NCBI GenBank assembly: GCA_049599475.1
Contig: JBMYOQ010000011.1
Coordinates: 25,694 to 89,693, forward strand
DNA from: Opitutales bacterium
Lineage (GTDB): Bacteria > Verrucomicrobiota > Verrucomicrobiia > Opitutales > JABSRG01
Length of the DNA: 64,000 nucleotides
Reading direction: 5' to 3'
The notes beneath the pieces were generated by a model. The model was not told the DNA's origin. It saw nothing but the letters and a program-made list of their open reading frames with translations, and did no database searches. Shown here one piece after another: positions 62,641 through 64,000 of the stretch (the stretch's first letter is position 1; the number at the start of each line of letters is the position of its first letter). The position numbers and the translations under genes are program-made.

Positions 62641-63933
62641 TTAGATCTTGGCGCCGGTATCCACGCGCTGTGCATAAAATGCGTAGGCTGCTACTACGAT
62701 GAAGCAGAATAGTGGAAGTGCGTAAGAGATGTTTACGTCAGCTATATCAATGATTCGTGCTTGAACCATGGGGAGAATAGCACCTCCAAGGATTGCCATG
62801 ATGAGACCTGATCCACCGATCTTAGTGTGTTCACCGAGCCCGATTGATCCGAGGCCGAAAATGGTTGGGAACATCAGAGACATGAATCCAGACATGGCCA
62901 CTAGAGCGTATACGCCTGTGATACCACCTACGAAAATAATTGTAAGGCAAAGCACAATACAGATAGACGCCATGATTAAGAGTAGGCGGCTTGGCTTGAT
63001 AACACTCATGAGGCCTGTGCAGACGAATCGACCAATACTGAAGAGGATGAGTGCCTTGAAGTGGTAGCTCAGTGCCTCACTGTCTGGAATCCCGAGTTGT
63101 GCAGGGATGTAGTATACAGTGTATGTCCAAACGGAAATTTGCAGGCCGACATAGAAGAACTGGGCGATGACTGCGAATACGTAGTTCTTGTTTTTCAAGA
63201 GTGCTGCGATTGATTCACCAAAATGGACATCGTGGTCTTTCGTTTGTGCGTGGTCTGATGCGTGAGGCATCTTCATGAAGGCGATGATTGCCCAGATGCC
63301 GAGAAGGAAAACACCTACGCCGACGTAGGGTGTGATAACGATGTTTAAAGCATCCGCTTGAGCTTCTGGATTTGTACCAGCTAGCGCAGATAGATCGGAA
63401 AGGTTGTTATCTTCGAGTTTTCTGAGGATGAGATACTGGCACAATACAGTACCTGCTAGAGACCCGACAGGATTGAAGGACTGCGCAAGATTGAGACGCT
63501 GAGTCGAAGTCTCTGCTGGACCAATCGCGAGCACATAGGGATTGGCCGCAGTCTCCAAGATTGAAAGTCCGCCAGCTAGGACGAAGAAGGCCAACAGGAA
63601 GAAGTGAAAGTTTTGAGAAGCGCCCGCTGGGAAAAAGAGGAAGCAACCGGCGATGTAAATGCCGAGGCCGACGAGAACGCCGACTTTGTAGCTGAACTTT
63701 CGAATGATAATGGCACCGGGAATCGCTAGGCAAAAGTAGGCTCCATAGAAAGCAAACTGAATTAACGAGGATTCCAGGGTGGTCATGTCGGGGTAAATGC
63801 CGGTGAAGGCTTTTACCAGAGGGTCAGTCATATTGTTCGCTAATCCCCACCAAGCGAAGCAGCTGGCGAGAATTATGAACGGGAGTAGGATCGCTTTGGG
63901 GACGATCGGTGCTTTTGTGGGAGCGTCAGACAT
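62641..63933 (-). CDS. fucP: L-fucose:H+ symporter (MFS, FucP family)
   Basis: QFAFYGAYF, LETAANPY, RLNLAQSFN, QFFYVG.Q, SLMFPTIF and MAILGGA. Confidence 0.93.
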   Translation of the reverse strand: MSDAPTKAPIVPKAILLPFIILASCFAWWGLANNMTDPLVKAFTGIYPDMTTLESSLIQFAFYGAYFCLAIPGAIIIRKFSYKVGVLVGLGIYIAGCFLFFPAGASQNFHFFLLAFFVLAGGLSILETAANPYVLAIGPAETSTQRLNLAQSFNPVGSLAGTVLCQYLILRKLEDNNLSDLSALAGTNPEAQADALNIVITPYVGVGVFLLGIWAIIAFMKMPHASDHAQTKDHDVHFGESIAALLKNKNYVFAVIAQFFYVGLQISVWTYTVYYIPAQLGIPDSEALSYHFKALILFSIGRFVCTGLMSVIKPSRLLLIMASICIVLCLTIIFVGGITGVYALVAMSGFMSLMFPTIFGLGSIGLGEHTKIGGSGLIMAILGGAILPMVQARIIDIADVNISYALPLFCFIVVAAYAFYAQRVDTGAKI

Positions 63934-64000
63934 AGCTGTAATACAGGATTATACCGATTCTAAAAATTAAAGAGCCTTAAGGTTGTCTAAGAAGCGTTTA

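Noticed and set aside
63985..64000. Possible LacI-type operator (AAGCGTTT) upstream of fucP
   Set aside because: Truncated by the window edge and too short to support

Overview
This is a 64 kb bacterial chromosomal segment of moderate GC (about 50-55% by eye). Gene types and protein style suggest a marine Verrucomicrobiota (Opitutae-like) organism; this is an inference from the long-form ispG, Bacteroidetes-type purM, multiple S1 sulfatases, fucose catabolism genes, acuI and Opitutae-style C-terminal domains. Most of the window is housekeeping: ispG, ybbP/ybbA/tesA, pepF, purM, murJ, split pta, lipA, radC, photolyase, ilvB-leuA, ymdB, Lrp plus aminotransferase, der, acuI, hemL and nadE. It also carries five sulfatases and a fucP-fucI-aldolase-fucU operon. 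I saw no rRNA, tRNA, CRISPR array or transposase. The most notable items are: (1) a TPR-sensor + SLOG-like + non-canonical class III nucleotide cyclase, preceded by a small ORF with its own terminator; (2) a membrane-anchored acidic protein carrying repeated CheZ/FliM-like peptides; (3) a DUF547 / circularly permuted flavoprotein-membrane ferredoxin / CslA-like GT2 cluster; (4) a signal-peptide-less multi-beta-propeller gene coupled to a cytoplasmic hybrid kinase; (5) an exported MTAP-like protein lacking the phosphate-binding RH motif; (6) a Val/Leu-rich leader peptide upstream of ilvB; (7) a frameshifted fucU C-terminus; and (8) dispersed GTAG-type REP pairs.
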